DNA of 64,000 nucleotides. Origin: a virus (Duplodnaviria; Heunggongvirae; Uroviricota; Caudoviricetes). The notes under the pieces were generated by a model, which saw nothing but the letters and a program-made list of their open reading frames with translations, did not search any database and was not told where the DNA came from. Below are positions 1 through 9,212 of this stretch, one piece after another. The translations under genes and the position numbers were made by a program. The stretch lies in IMG/VR virus record IMGVR_UViG_3300035698_015309. One strand, written 5' to 3'. Numbering within the stretch: the first letter of the stretch is position 1; each line of letters starts with the position of its first letter.

Positions 1-256
1 AGGTTCTGGTGTGCCCAGATGTTCTGGGGGTGAACACATTGGTACTAACGATCACCCACGAGGCGTAAAACGAGTGCTGAGAGAGCGATTCCGTCTTCGA
101 CGGACCAGTTCCTTGGGATTCGGACGGAAGGAGCAACCGTCATCCGAGCCCTTACCGTTGGGCCGGAAGTTTACTACCGAGGTACTTGGGTCACCAAGAT
201 TCGGCACAGCTTCAAACTTGATGCCTGTTACATTCTAGCAGGTTTTAAGGAACGGT
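1..256 (+). mobile_element. Copy A of the tnpB 3'-end / omega-RNA scaffold + right-end (RE) module, truncated by the window edge. Ends ...AGGTTTTAAGGAACGGT at 256.
   Basis: Close nt similarity to tnpB 3' ends at 8940-9212 and 51530-51812 and to mini-elements at 18540-18802 and 35826-36100(-). ORF 11..238 is in the same frame as the TnpB C-terminus and stops at TAG inside the terminal hairpin CCTGTTACATTCTAGCAGG. Confidence 0.6.
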
Positions 257-343
257 AGGGTTTGTCCGTGAGGATTTCCACCCGATCTACCCCGTCAGCG
301 AAGTGCAACACCTGGATCCGGTCGATAGAAATGGTCTGACTCA

Positions 344-1360
344 TTACGCCTCCATCGCAGCCGTCAGGTATTCGATGAGCTTGTCCCGCCCCCAGGCGTG
401 GATCAGGGCATCGTCATTCCCGACCTCGTAGGTGACCTTGTCACGTTTCCCGAGCTTCCCGAAGACCGCCGTCTGCCGTTTCAGGGGGAAGCGGGTACCC
501 TTCCTCATGTGAATGGAATAGACCCGCTTACGGGGGCCGAGGAGATATCCGGTTTTGCCGTGGGTGAAGGTGAACCAAGGCTCCGTTTTGTTCGAATCCT
601 TCCAGTAGCAGTTCTGCGTTTCTTCCGGCTCGCTGAAGGCGTAGCCTTTACCCCGCAACTCATCGAAGACGCCCTTCCAGAACTCCAGGTTCTTGCGCCG
701 CCGAGGGTCTTCGGGGATGGGGATGTCCTTGGTCTCAGTGTGGCTGACGAGAGGACTCCAGGCGACGTTCTCACCGAGGCCGCTGACATAGAACCCGACC
801 CGCACGCTGAGACACTCGGGCACATGAGGCGGCAGGCGGGTGCCTGGGGAGAAGGGGCACGCCCTCTCCAGGTCACGCCAGCGGTCCCGGAACTTGTCCA
901 CCAGCTCTTGGTCCGTGGTCTCGGGGATCTTCGTCTCGGACACATCCTGCAGGAAGTTGACCCCGTTATGGCCCGCCGTCCGCTCCTCCTCGGGGAGGGC
1001 CTCCCACCCCACAGTAGTCCCGTGCGGGAAGCCCTGCTCGTCGCAGACGGCGTCCCAGGCGAAGGTCTTCGCCCAGTGCTTCGCAGCCGTGCTGTAACGG
1101 TCGTTCCGGTCAGCGATGTGGACGTTGAGGATCGTGTTCGCCCAGTCAAGCCCCTCCTGAGGGAACTCGGACAGGGGGAGCTTCGGGGTAAGGGACGCTG
1201 TGAGCAAATGGACAACCCCCGCATCTGCGATGGTCAGCACCGGACGCCCGCACTCCTCGCAGAAAAACCACTGGGAGGATCGATCTGGGCCGATGTGGGC
1301 ACCCCCGGATCGGTAGTTGAAGTGCCCGCAGGGACACAGGGGGAGGCTTGATTCCAGCAT
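344..1360 (-). CDS. hypothetical protein with N-terminal CxC...CxxC zinc-ribbon (338 aa)
   Basis: Long ORF, last gene of a minus-strand operon running 3221->344. No recognisable catalytic motif. Confidence 0.5.
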   Translation of the reverse strand: MLESSLPLCPCGHFNYRSGGAHIGPDRSSQWFFCEECGRPVLTIADAGVVHLLTASLTPKLPLSEFPQEGLDWANTILNVHIADRNDRYSTAAKHWAKTFAWDAVCDEQGFPHGTTVGWEALPEEERTAGHNGVNFLQDVSETKIPETTDQELVDKFRDRWRDLERACPFSPGTRLPPHVPECLSVRVGFYVSGLGENVAWSPLVSHTETKDIPIPEDPRRRKNLEFWKGVFDELRGKGYAFSEPEETQNCYWKDSNKTEPWFTFTHGKTGYLLGPRKRVYSIHMRKGTRFPLKRQTAVFGKLGKRDKVTYEVGNDDALIHAWGRDKLIEYLTAAMEA

Positions 1361-1363
1361 GGG

Positions 1364-1588
1364 TTATCCTCCAAAGTGGTGGGCGACCGAGAGCACAACG
1401 CCGATGGCGGCGAGGATGAACCCGCTTACCACGATCAGCATTGCGGTGAGGTGCTTGCCGAAGCCCTTCAGCACGTCGGCGCTGCTCATGTCCCGGTCGA
1501 TGCGGAAGTTCTTCTTGAAGTTCAGGACAGCGAAAACGAAACCGATAAACACGATGCTGAGGCCAGCAATGATCAGCGCAGTTCCCAT
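1364..1588 (-). CDS. small membrane protein (two TM helices)
   Basis: Internal Met start MGTALIIAGLSIVFIGF... hydrophobic segments. Tightly packed after the upstream gene. Confidence 0.4.
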   Translation of the reverse strand: MGTALIIAGLSIVFIGFVFAVLNFKKNFRIDRDMSSADVLKGFGKHLTAMLIVVSGFILAAIGVVLSVAHHFGG

Positions 1589-1598
1589 GACGTTCCTC

Positions 1599-1883
1599 CT
1601 AGAAGCGGACGGTGCAGCCCTTGGCCACCGCTCCGCAGCAAACGGTGAAATTGACCTTCTCGCCCGCAACGTTCATACCCGCCATCTTAAAGGCGGCGTC
1701 GTCCGACCCGGAGCAGCCTCCGAACCAGTGCGGGGAGAGCTGGTGTGTGCTGAGTACAGTCACGTCAGACATCCCCGAGGAGGTCGCCGCCTTGACGGCG
1801 TCATCCTCGCCCACCATGTAGCCGCAGCCACCCACAGCCAGCCCGAACGCCAGCAGACACAGGATCACCAAGATCTTCCTCAT
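1599..1883 (-). CDS. putative lipoprotein
   Basis: MRKILVILCLLAFGLAVGGCGY: signal peptide plus lipobox-like LAVGGC. Confidence 0.45.
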   Translation of the reverse strand: MRKILVILCLLAFGLAVGGCGYMVGEDDAVKAATSSGMSDVTVLSTHQLSPHWFGGCSGSDDAAFKMAGMNVAGEKVNFTVCCGAVAKGCTVRF

Positions 1884-1894
1884 CTCGTCCTCCT

Positions 1895-2206
1895 CTATGA
1901 GTGGAGACCAGCATCGCAGGGCTTTCCTGGTGCTGCTCCACAAATGTGACAGTAACAGCCCTCTTCCGAGGGCGGCTTCGTGTGATCGACCTCGCTATTG
2001 CAAGGCTGCTTGAACCGATTGACTCCGCAGTAGAGGCAGTACGTGTTCGTTTCCGGGTGGCTGATGGCCTCTAGCCTATACTCCAGGTGCTTCACCATCC
2101 GATGCAGGATGGCCTCGTTCCGGTAGCTCCTAATGTAAAGGAACAGGAACACGAAGAAACCCACCTCGAAAGCTATCATCACGATGCGGTGTACGGTGTC
2201 GTTCAT
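1895..2206 (-). CDS. membrane / Cys-rich (zinc-ribbon) small protein
   Basis: Start MNDTVHRIVMIAFEVGFFVF preceded by GGGGACGGG RBS. C-terminal CLYCG...CYCHICG. Confidence 0.4.
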   Translation of the reverse strand: MNDTVHRIVMIAFEVGFFVFLFLYIRSYRNEAILHRMVKHLEYRLEAISHPETNTYCLYCGVNRFKQPCNSEVDHTKPPSEEGCYCHICGAAPGKPCDAGLHS

Positions 2207-2901
2207 CCCGTCCCCTTCATTTCCAGTGTGTCCCACTCCGGGGGCATTTCCGGGTCGTCCACACACCAGACAGTGTCAAAATCCACACTTTCAGGGGTGC
2301 CAGGACCGTGGTCAGTCGGGATTTGCCATCCCAACAGCAAACCGTACCCTGTCCGTTCTGGGTAACCCTCAGGCCAAGGACTGAAGAAGTGGGGGCCTGT
2401 GGTCTCTGTCATTTGCCAAATGGAACCATCGGACAGGCGCACCTTGCAGACAACCCCGACGTTGACGTGCCTCAGCACATCCAAGCTGGCACAGGGATAT
2501 TCCTGGCACAGCGTTTCATAGTCCACAGGGGTGATCTGACACTCTATGAGAGTCCCATCGGCACACTCAGACTCAGGCCAGCCTATCTCCCCCTCAGCGT
2601 AAGCGTCTTGATCGACCTCCCCCCCGTACCACGGAGGGGTGATGTCTGCGGGGTCGATCTCCATGTTGTGATTCCTACTCACACAACAGGGCTTACCCTT
2701 GAGCTGCTGGAAGAGATTGTTCCACCTTTCGATGTTTTCCTGCCGCTGGGTGGCCCAAACAGGGGCTTTGTCGGCGTCAGCCTTAGCGTCAGCCTTGGCC
2801 TTAGCGTCAGCTTCGGCCTGTTCCCTTTGCAGCAGCGCAATCTGCTCTTCACAGGTCTTGATCAGGGACTGACACTCTCCGATGGTCTGGGGAGCCCTCA
2901 C
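2203..2901 (-). CDS. hypothetical protein with AKADAKADA low-complexity/coiled-coil N-terminus (232 aa)
   Basis: ORF with GTGA start/stop overlap with the upstream bL12-like gene. Confidence 0.45.
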   Translation of the reverse strand: MRAPQTIGECQSLIKTCEEQIALLQREQAEADAKAKADAKADADKAPVWATQRQENIERWNNLFQQLKGKPCCVSRNHNMEIDPADITPPWYGGEVDQDAYAEGEIGWPESECADGTLIECQITPVDYETLCQEYPCASLDVLRHVNVGVVCKVRLSDGSIWQMTETTGPHFFSPWPEGYPERTGYGLLLGWQIPTDHGPGTPESVDFDTVWCVDDPEMPPEWDTLEMKGTG

Positions 2902-3221
2902 TTGACGCTTCCCAGGGCGGCGTCAATACACTCCAACCCGAGGGCGAGGGTGTTGACCAGCCGGGTACCGAGGCGTGCGCTGACAGTCTCCAGGCGCATT
3001 AGGGCGTGCCTCATTTCCAGAGGCGGGTCGTAGGACACAAACGTGCTCCAAGCCTGCAACGCCCGAGCCACCTCGGTGGCCTTGTCCGGGTCCACGTCGA
3101 CCCAACCCCGCTCGGAGGCTTCCTTGGTCTCCTTGAGACCCATCTGTGTGGCCCCCCTGAGCGCCTTGATGAAGGGGAGCTTGGCATCGAACTTGAAATG
3201 GATACGGGTCTGGGTATTCAT
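2898..3221 (-). CDS. ribosomal protein bL12 (L7/L12) C-terminal-domain-like protein
   Basis: FDAKLPFIKALRGATQMGLKETKEASE...ALQ resembles the bL12 CTD (KAVRGATGLGLKEAKDLVE). GGAGG RBS. Minus-orientation GATCATC/GAGTAGAC motif upstream at 3262-3300. Confidence 0.55.
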   Translation of the reverse strand: MNTQTRIHFKFDAKLPFIKALRGATQMGLKETKEASERGWVDVDPDKATEVARALQAWSTFVSYDPPLEMRHALMRLETVSARLGTRLVNTLALGLECIDAALGSVK

Positions 3222-3263
3222 CGGGTACTCCTTCCCTTCGGGTCATTTGTCCCGTTACAAGGT

Positions 3264-3740
3264 CTACTCCGTGGCCGAGTCAGATGATCCCGTTTCGACT
3301 TTGACCATATAGCCATCCCGGATCTCCCACTGTGGATCCACGCAGAGACCCGCCACATGATCCTCTAAACAAAAATGACACAGGGGGGTTCGTCCGCAAA
3401 GATCACAGGACTCAAGAACACAACTGGGAGCCAGCAATTGGGAGCATTGGCAACACCGCTGCGGGGCACCTCTGTCAATGACGTCAGCAAGCTCTCGGAT
3501 CGAACAACCGCCCCAATGGCGACGTACCCACTTCCCCCAACCTGTCCGTTTGCTGGCTTTCTTATACAACTGACAGACATAAAAGCTGATCACCTGAGGC
3601 TGTTCTAGAGTGTCCCTGTACAAGGTAGCGAGAACATCGAACGCTTCCTCGCTGTCTGCTGCCCAGACGTAGCCAAGTACCCGAGGGTGTGCCTCTGCTG
3701 TTTGGTAAAAACCAGTCCAGAAGTTTGGTTTTTCAGGCAT
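3264..3740 (-). CDS. Cys-rich hypothetical protein
   Basis: Start MPEKPNFW. Minus-orientation motif at 3775-3810. Divergent from the HNH gene. Confidence 0.45.
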   Translation of the reverse strand: MPEKPNFWTGFYQTAEAHPRVLGYVWAADSEEAFDVLATLYRDTLEQPQVISFYVCQLYKKASKRTGWGKWVRRHWGGCSIRELADVIDRGAPQRCCQCSQLLAPSCVLESCDLCGRTPLCHFCLEDHVAGLCVDPQWEIRDGYMVKVETGSSDSATE

Positions 3741-3865
3741 GCTCGTGCTCCCACCCTGCAAAACGGTAACTCTCCACTCTGTCTACTCTGAAGCGTCCCC
3801 AGATGATCCCGGTGAAAGGCCTATAAAGGACGGAAGCTGTAAACCAGTCCGGGGAGGCTTAACAA

Positions 3866-5097
3866 TGGCCAAAAACAAACCACAAAGACACTCGTTAGTG
3901 GGGCAACGTTTTGGTAAACTCTTGGCCCTGGAGAGGATTCCCGAAGGGCAAACCAAATATCGCTGTCTATGTGACTGCGGGAAAGAAGTTACCGTTGCCA
4001 GAGGCAGCCTTCAGCAAGGCGTAACACGTAGTTGCGGCTGTCTTCGTTCCCCCGATCTCATAGGACAAAAATTCCATCGGTTAACAGTCCTGGCCCTAAC
4101 CCGAAAAATGAAACAGGGTCGGAAGTTGCCCCACTACATCTGTCGATGCGACTGCGGAAACGAGCACATCGTAGACAGAACCGACCTCACCAAAGGGCGA
4201 GTAAAAAGCTGTGGCTGCCTACGGGGGTCTCATTATGGTACTGCCCGACCCATATGCAAGGGAGATCATTTCGGACGGTTGACAGTAGTTGCACAGGCTG
4301 GGAAGGGGGAGCATCTTTGCAACTGCTCTTGCGGAGGAACAAAAATCGTCCCCTATGTCCGTTTGAGAGCAGGTTCCGTGCAAAGCTGTGGGTGCCTACG
4401 AGGTTCGCCCCTGCCTTGGGGACAGGCGGCGCAGAATGCTGTTTTTCTGAGGAATCGAAAAAACGCACAGCTAAGAGGGTTGTCCTTTACCTTGATCCGA
4501 AACGACACACTGCCTCTTTTCAAACAAAACTGCTACTACTGTGGTGCGCCCCCGACAATGATTTACAAACACCCCAGAGGAAACTGCATCTACAATGGAT
4601 TGGATCGGGTGGACAACACCGAGGGTTACACACCCTCAAACGTGGTGCCCTGCTGCTGGAAGTGCAATAGAGCCAAGAGAGAGGCAACTAGAGAAGACTT
4701 TCTGAACTGGGTGATGTTACTACATGACCCAATACCACCCATCTCTGCCTCAGGTCTGGCCCGTGTAGTGGTCACCCCCAAAGACAAACAAATTTACCGG
4801 AAATATCAAGGAGACGCTACTCGACGAGGCATCTCCTTTAGTCTTGATCTCACTCCTTTTGCAGCCCTGATTCAGTCCAACTGTGGGTACTGTGGAACAC
4901 CCCCTGCATCTCGGTACAGAAAACATGTTTACACAGGGATAGACCGAGTCGACAATGTTTTGGGCTATGCCGCAGATAACTGTGTGCCTGCCTGCATCAG
5001 GTGCAATCGGGCAAAGAACACCGATGAATTAGCTGACTTCCTGGCTTGGGCAAAACGGATCCAGACCTTTCAAACCACCGCAATTTCCACCAAATAG
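3866..5097 (+). CDS. HNH endonuclease-like protein: four N-terminal ~45-aa Cys-rich repeats (GxxFGxL..Y.C.CDCG...SCGCL) plus two C-terminal HNH motifs (DRVDN..GY...N..P.C..CNRAK)
   Basis: Start MAKNKPQRH after a GGGGAGG RBS. Tandem internal repeats visible in the translation. HNH signature occurs twice. Confidence 0.6.
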
Positions 5098-6617
5098 CGG
5101 AACACCTGAGCATCCTGGTTGAAGGTAACCAACTCGTCATGCACAAAGCCCCCCTGACTTTGTTTCCCGCAGGCAAAGATGAAGTCCTTAGTCGGCCACC
5201 CTGCCGGGCGATGCCTGTCCCAGCAAGCCGAGCCCCGTATGTCCGCTAACCCGAGGGCAACTTCCTGAAGGTACATGAAAGCATTGCGAGAGGCGTTGCC
5301 TGACCCGTAGTAGGCTCCTCTAGCGCTGGTGTAGTTCATCGACTTAAGTGCCCCATTCGTACCATCCGTAGGCGAACCCCCGACGAGCTTGTGTCCTGTG
5401 GCGTTCCAAGCGGGGGCGTGGTAAATGCCTCGTCCGAAGGCTGCTCCCGCCTTGTGGACACCCCGAGGAAGATTCTCAGGCATCAGGAGTCCCTGCTTGC
5501 TGATACCCAACAAGTTTTCGGTGCGTGTGCCATGCCACGCCATGATCCGTCCTGTTGCCCCCGGCTTTTTGGCGGTTTGAGTGGCATAGGTACTAAAGCG
5601 GCTGTCTGTACCGTTGCGTGTGAACTTGAACACCCTGGCAACCCGCAACACCGAACGGCCTCCTCGCCACCAGTTTTGATTCCGCTGTGACTGTGCCGTG
5701 TTGAAGATCTCCACGACTTTGCGGAAGTCCTGGGTGCTTGGTTCACAAATTTCAATGGAGCAGCCGAGGCCATCGTACCATATCTGTTCTTTGCCCGCTG
5801 TGCTGGACGTGTGTGCTGCAGCTTGAAACACCTCCTTGGTCAGGTGGGCATCCCGAAGAAGCTGGAGGAATTTGCGCTGTTCCTGCAACCGAGCATAGCT
5901 GGAGAGCACCACTAGATGCAGGTTGTCCTGCCCCCGCTGATCACGTCTGATCTCTCTCGGAACATTGGACATGAAACGGTTGGTCAGGTCAATGACCCCA
6001 TCTCGGGGCACACCCTTTACGAGGGGCAGCGTCTGTTCCCGGTTTCGGGAACTCTCCCGCCCGAACTCCTGTTCTAAGGTGGTCTCGATCTCATCGAGGA
6101 TGGAGCCTCCGATGTCTAATTGCCTATCTGATAAATTACCGATGGGGTTGTCCGCCGTTGCCCCGGCCTGAGCGGAAAGACCAGCCCGAACTACCCGACT
6201 CGTCTCGTTGTAGATGACGCTCAGAAGTTGCCCGACTTCGGGGTTAAGGGAAGAAGTTACGGGGGCGGGTGTTAAAGCGACGGGCACAGCCGTCCCATTG
6301 GCAGCGGCTTTATTCATCTCCTCTTGATCAGAACGAGTTTCCAGCCGGGTGTACCCTTTACGTTCCTTCCCCTGCACCTTTTTGGAAAGCAGCGACTGTG
6401 CCTGCCCCAAGCTGATGCCCCGTTTGCTGCCCTTGTCAGATCCGGCTTTGCCAGTCGGACCCCATCGACACTCGAAGTTCGCCATCCCCCCTCCGAGATC
6501 CTCCACCCACCCCTTCCAGAATTTGTTACTGCCGAGGGTCACACAGCCGGTCTTAGCCCCCGTCAAATCTGTGAAATTCAGGGTCACACTCTCAACAATT
6601 GTCCCGGCCATCGTCAA
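5070..6617 (-). CDS. WGR-domain + PARP-like ADP-ribosyltransferase catalytic domain protein (515 aa)
   Basis: N-terminal KFWKGWVE...FECRWGPTG (WGR). C-terminal AWHGTRTENLLGISKQGLLMP / GRGIYHA / YLQEVALG / HDELVTF align with the PARP1 H-G-S, GKGIYFA and YNEY catalytic blocks (H-Y-E). Minus-orientation motif plus hairpin upstream at 6645-6690. Confidence 0.8.
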   Translation of the reverse strand: MTMAGTIVESVTLNFTDLTGAKTGCVTLGSNKFWKGWVEDLGGGMANFECRWGPTGKAGSDKGSKRGISLGQAQSLLSKKVQGKERKGYTRLETRSDQEEMNKAAANGTAVPVALTPAPVTSSLNPEVGQLLSVIYNETSRVVRAGLSAQAGATADNPIGNLSDRQLDIGGSILDEIETTLEQEFGRESSRNREQTLPLVKGVPRDGVIDLTNRFMSNVPREIRRDQRGQDNLHLVVLSSYARLQEQRKFLQLLRDAHLTKEVFQAAAHTSSTAGKEQIWYDGLGCSIEICEPSTQDFRKVVEIFNTAQSQRNQNWWRGGRSVLRVARVFKFTRNGTDSRFSTYATQTAKKPGATGRIMAWHGTRTENLLGISKQGLLMPENLPRGVHKAGAAFGRGIYHAPAWNATGHKLVGGSPTDGTNGALKSMNYTSARGAYYGSGNASRNAFMYLQEVALGLADIRGSACWDRHRPAGWPTKDFIFACGKQSQGGFVHDELVTFNQDAQVFRYLVEIAVV

Positions 6618-6683
6618 TCCTCCTGGTGGGCGTCAGTGCCCCTCACCTTAACTACTCTGCAGGTTGCCCAGATGATCCCTGGA

Positions 6684-6938
6684 TTAATCCAGGAGCAGAT
6701 CCGCCAGGGTGCGGAGCCAACCGTGAACTGTGTCGAACCCAAAGGCGTGCCCCTCACCCCAGGCGACGTCAAACGCTCTGTCTGCCTTGGGGTGTCCCGT
6801 CAGTCCGACATCCCTCAGGGCGTCCTGCTTGAACAAGGTCTTGAGCCGAAAAGACTCATCCTGGTAAGCACGGAAGATGCTGGGGCTGCGTCGGAGTGTC
6901 AGAAAAGGCTTGTGGTTGATGTACTTGTCGAAATCCAT
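6684..6938 (-). CDS. hypothetical small protein
   Basis: Start MDFDKYINH after an AAAAAGGAG RBS. Full minus-orientation motif plus leader hairpin at 6950-7010. Confidence 0.35.
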   Translation of the reverse strand: MDFDKYINHKPFLTLRRSPSIFRAYQDESFRLKTLFKQDALRDVGLTGHPKADRAFDVAWGEGHAFGFDTVHGWLRTLADLLLD

Positions 6939-7180
6939 TGGGTGCTCCTTTTTCGGGGTCATTTGCCCCTCACCCTTGTCTACTCTGTGGGTCGGGGAGA
7001 TGATCCCTGAAAGTCAGAAGGCACAACCCCTCTTTCAAGGAGGTGCCGTTCAAGAGTGGCATAGTCCACATGAGGAAGGGGACGGCGGAACGCATCACGA
7101 ATACGCCTTCCCTCAGGTGTCCTGATAGGGATGTTTTGAAGGTTTGGCCCCTTTTTCCGGTCCCCTGTTTTTCCCATCAC

Positions 7181-7717
7181 CTAGTCCTTTTCGTTTTCCG
7201 GAAGAGCGTGAGCCGTGGCCCTACAAATGTCCCGCAGGATCCCTCGGAGCACTTTGGCTTTGTTGTCTGCTTGTAAGGCCCTGTTCAGGGCCTTTTCCTG
7301 TCGATCCTTTTCCTGTACCCTGTCTGCTGTGGCCTTTGCCCGAATTGCCCGCTTTTCCGCTGACCTTATAGCTTCCACCACTATTGTTAGCGCCACATCG
7401 AGTGGTTCAGAGGGAAAGGGAACAGCGCACTGGACATGCTCATAGTCCCAACCCTCGTACTCGTAACTTCCACGAGTAGTGAGCAACTCCAGAGCAGCCT
7501 CAGCGTCCCCTTCTGACGCCTTCTGCGCCAGTTCAAAATGTTTCCTTCTGGTCTCCCAAATCTTGAGGGACTGCCTGTCATTTTGCAGTGCTCTTAGGTA
7601 GGGGTTGTGCTGGGCGTCCACAGCGAATTCCAGAGAACGTGTTTGGAGGTCGGAACGGGTCTCCTCGGAAAGGCTCGAAGGCTCTGGCCCTGGGTCGGGG
7701 TCCTTGACAGTACCCAA
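7181..7717 (-). CDS. hypothetical protein. TTG start overlaps the LE palindrome of the adjacent tnpB element.
   Basis: 178-aa ORF. The 5' end coincides with GGGTCCTTGACAGTACCC, so the true start is uncertain. Confidence 0.35.
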   Translation of the reverse strand: MGTVKDPDPGPEPSSLSEETRSDLQTRSLEFAVDAQHNPYLRALQNDRQSLKIWETRRKHFELAQKASEGDAEAALELLTTRGSYEYEGWDYEHVQCAVPFPSEPLDVALTIVVEAIRSAEKRAIRAKATADRVQEKDRQEKALNRALQADNKAKVLRGILRDICRATAHALPENEKD

Positions 7718-9212
7718 TTTAGTTGCTAAAATCTAACTATTCCTGCTTGAAACAAGAAGCAGAGGTCAGTAAATGAAGTGTCGCATCTTCCGACTTCACA
7801 AGGACACCAACCGATCTAAGATCGATAAGTTGGAAGCCCTGCACAAAGCATATGTCAAGTACGTCCGTATCTGCGTACAGACGATGCTCAACCAGCAAAC
7901 CCTCAACCTCCCGAAAGCCGCCAAACAAACGTTCTTCCCACGGGCTACTGATCTTACGTCTCAAATCGAAAAGATCGCACGAGACCATGCAATTCAAATC
8001 GTAAGTGCTTGGGCCAAAGCTACTTACGCTCGTAAATTAAAGCCGACTATCACCAATCTCAAGCATGACGGTACCCTCACCGATCAGGACGCCAAAGCAC
8101 TCTGTGTCATCGGGTTGAAGTCCATCAGCAAGCCATGGGAGTTCATCACCCAAGACCATCTCGATGCTTATCACACCCTGTTGGACACCTACGGAGGCAA
8201 CAAGCCTATCGTAAGGGACAACCTACCCATGAGGTTGTCAGAAATGACGGCTCGATTGGAAGACACAACTAAAGCTCCTTTGGGGGGTTTTTGGCTGAGG
8301 GTGTCCTCGTTGGAAGCTCGGAAATCCGTCTGGTTGCCTCTTGTTGGGAATCCTTACATCCAGCAGGCTGATCAGGTTAACAAGGGGATATCAGCCCGTA
8401 AAACCAAGAAGGGGTTCTGGCGCTTTGAGGCAGTTAGCAAGGCTGAGTGGACCATTCCTGAAGCACAGGAAGATTGGCCTAAGTTGGGTGTGGATGTGGG
8501 CTTGAACGTGCTTGCAGCTACTTCAGATGGCGTGACCTATGGTGAACACGTCAAACCTAAGTTCGACAAGCTCTACGCTCGTGTCAGAAATCTCCGAGCA
8601 AACCGCCAACGACAGGACCTGAAGGACAACAGCCCAAAGTTGGATCACCTTGAAAGCAAGCTGAGTGGGTTGATCAAGACAGAAACGGGTCGTGTAGTAA
8701 ACACCCTTATCGTCCGCCATCCTGAGACAGTGTTCGTGGTCGAGGATCTCGACCTTCGAGGTTGCCGAGGCCAAAAGCGGTTTGCTTACAGGGCGTTACA
8801 GACCAACTTGGAGAGAAAAGCCCCAACAGAGAAGGTGAACCCGGCTTATACGTCGCAGGAGTGCCCCTCCTGCGGTTACATTCATCGAGGCAACCGAAGT
8901 TCAATAAGGTTCCATTGCCGCTCGTGCGGTAGGAAGGCTCACGCTGATTGGGTGGGAAGTTCTGGTGTGCTCAGACGTTCTGAAGACGAACACATCAAAG
9001 CTGGCGATCATCCAAGAGGTGTAAAACGAGTGCTAAGAGAGCGATTCCGTGTTAAACGGACCAGTTCCTTGGGATTCGGGCGGAAGGAGCAACCGTCATT
9101 CGAGCCCTTACCGTTGGGCCAGAGGCTTACTACCGTTGGATCAGAGTCATTTGGCAGCGGCACAGCTTCAAACTTGATGCCTGTTACATTCCAGCAGGTT
9201 TTAAGGAACGGT
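7697..9212 (+). mobile_element. tnpA-less tnpB element (IS607-derived): LE palindrome GGGTCCTTGACAGTACCC with TTGACA-17-TAAAAT, tnpB, RE ending GGAACGGT
   Basis: LE shared with mini-elements at 18449 and 36179(-). The sequence just upstream of the tnpB ATG matches the tnpA 3' end / tnpB junction of the IS607 copy at 50340-50376. RE identical to the other copies. Confidence 0.7.

Noticed and set aside
11-238. 75-aa ORFs inside the mini-elements (11..238, 18557..18784, 35844..36071) as conserved small proteins
   Set aside because: They are the in-frame C-terminal remnant of tnpB. Conservation is at the nucleotide level (omega-RNA scaffold), and the first codon is not preceded by an RBS.
2923-3246. 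107-aa ORF overlapping the bL12-like gene in another frame
   Set aside because: Gly/Arg-rich. Overlaps a gene with a recognisable domain. Its start comes from the ATG inside the leader hairpin.
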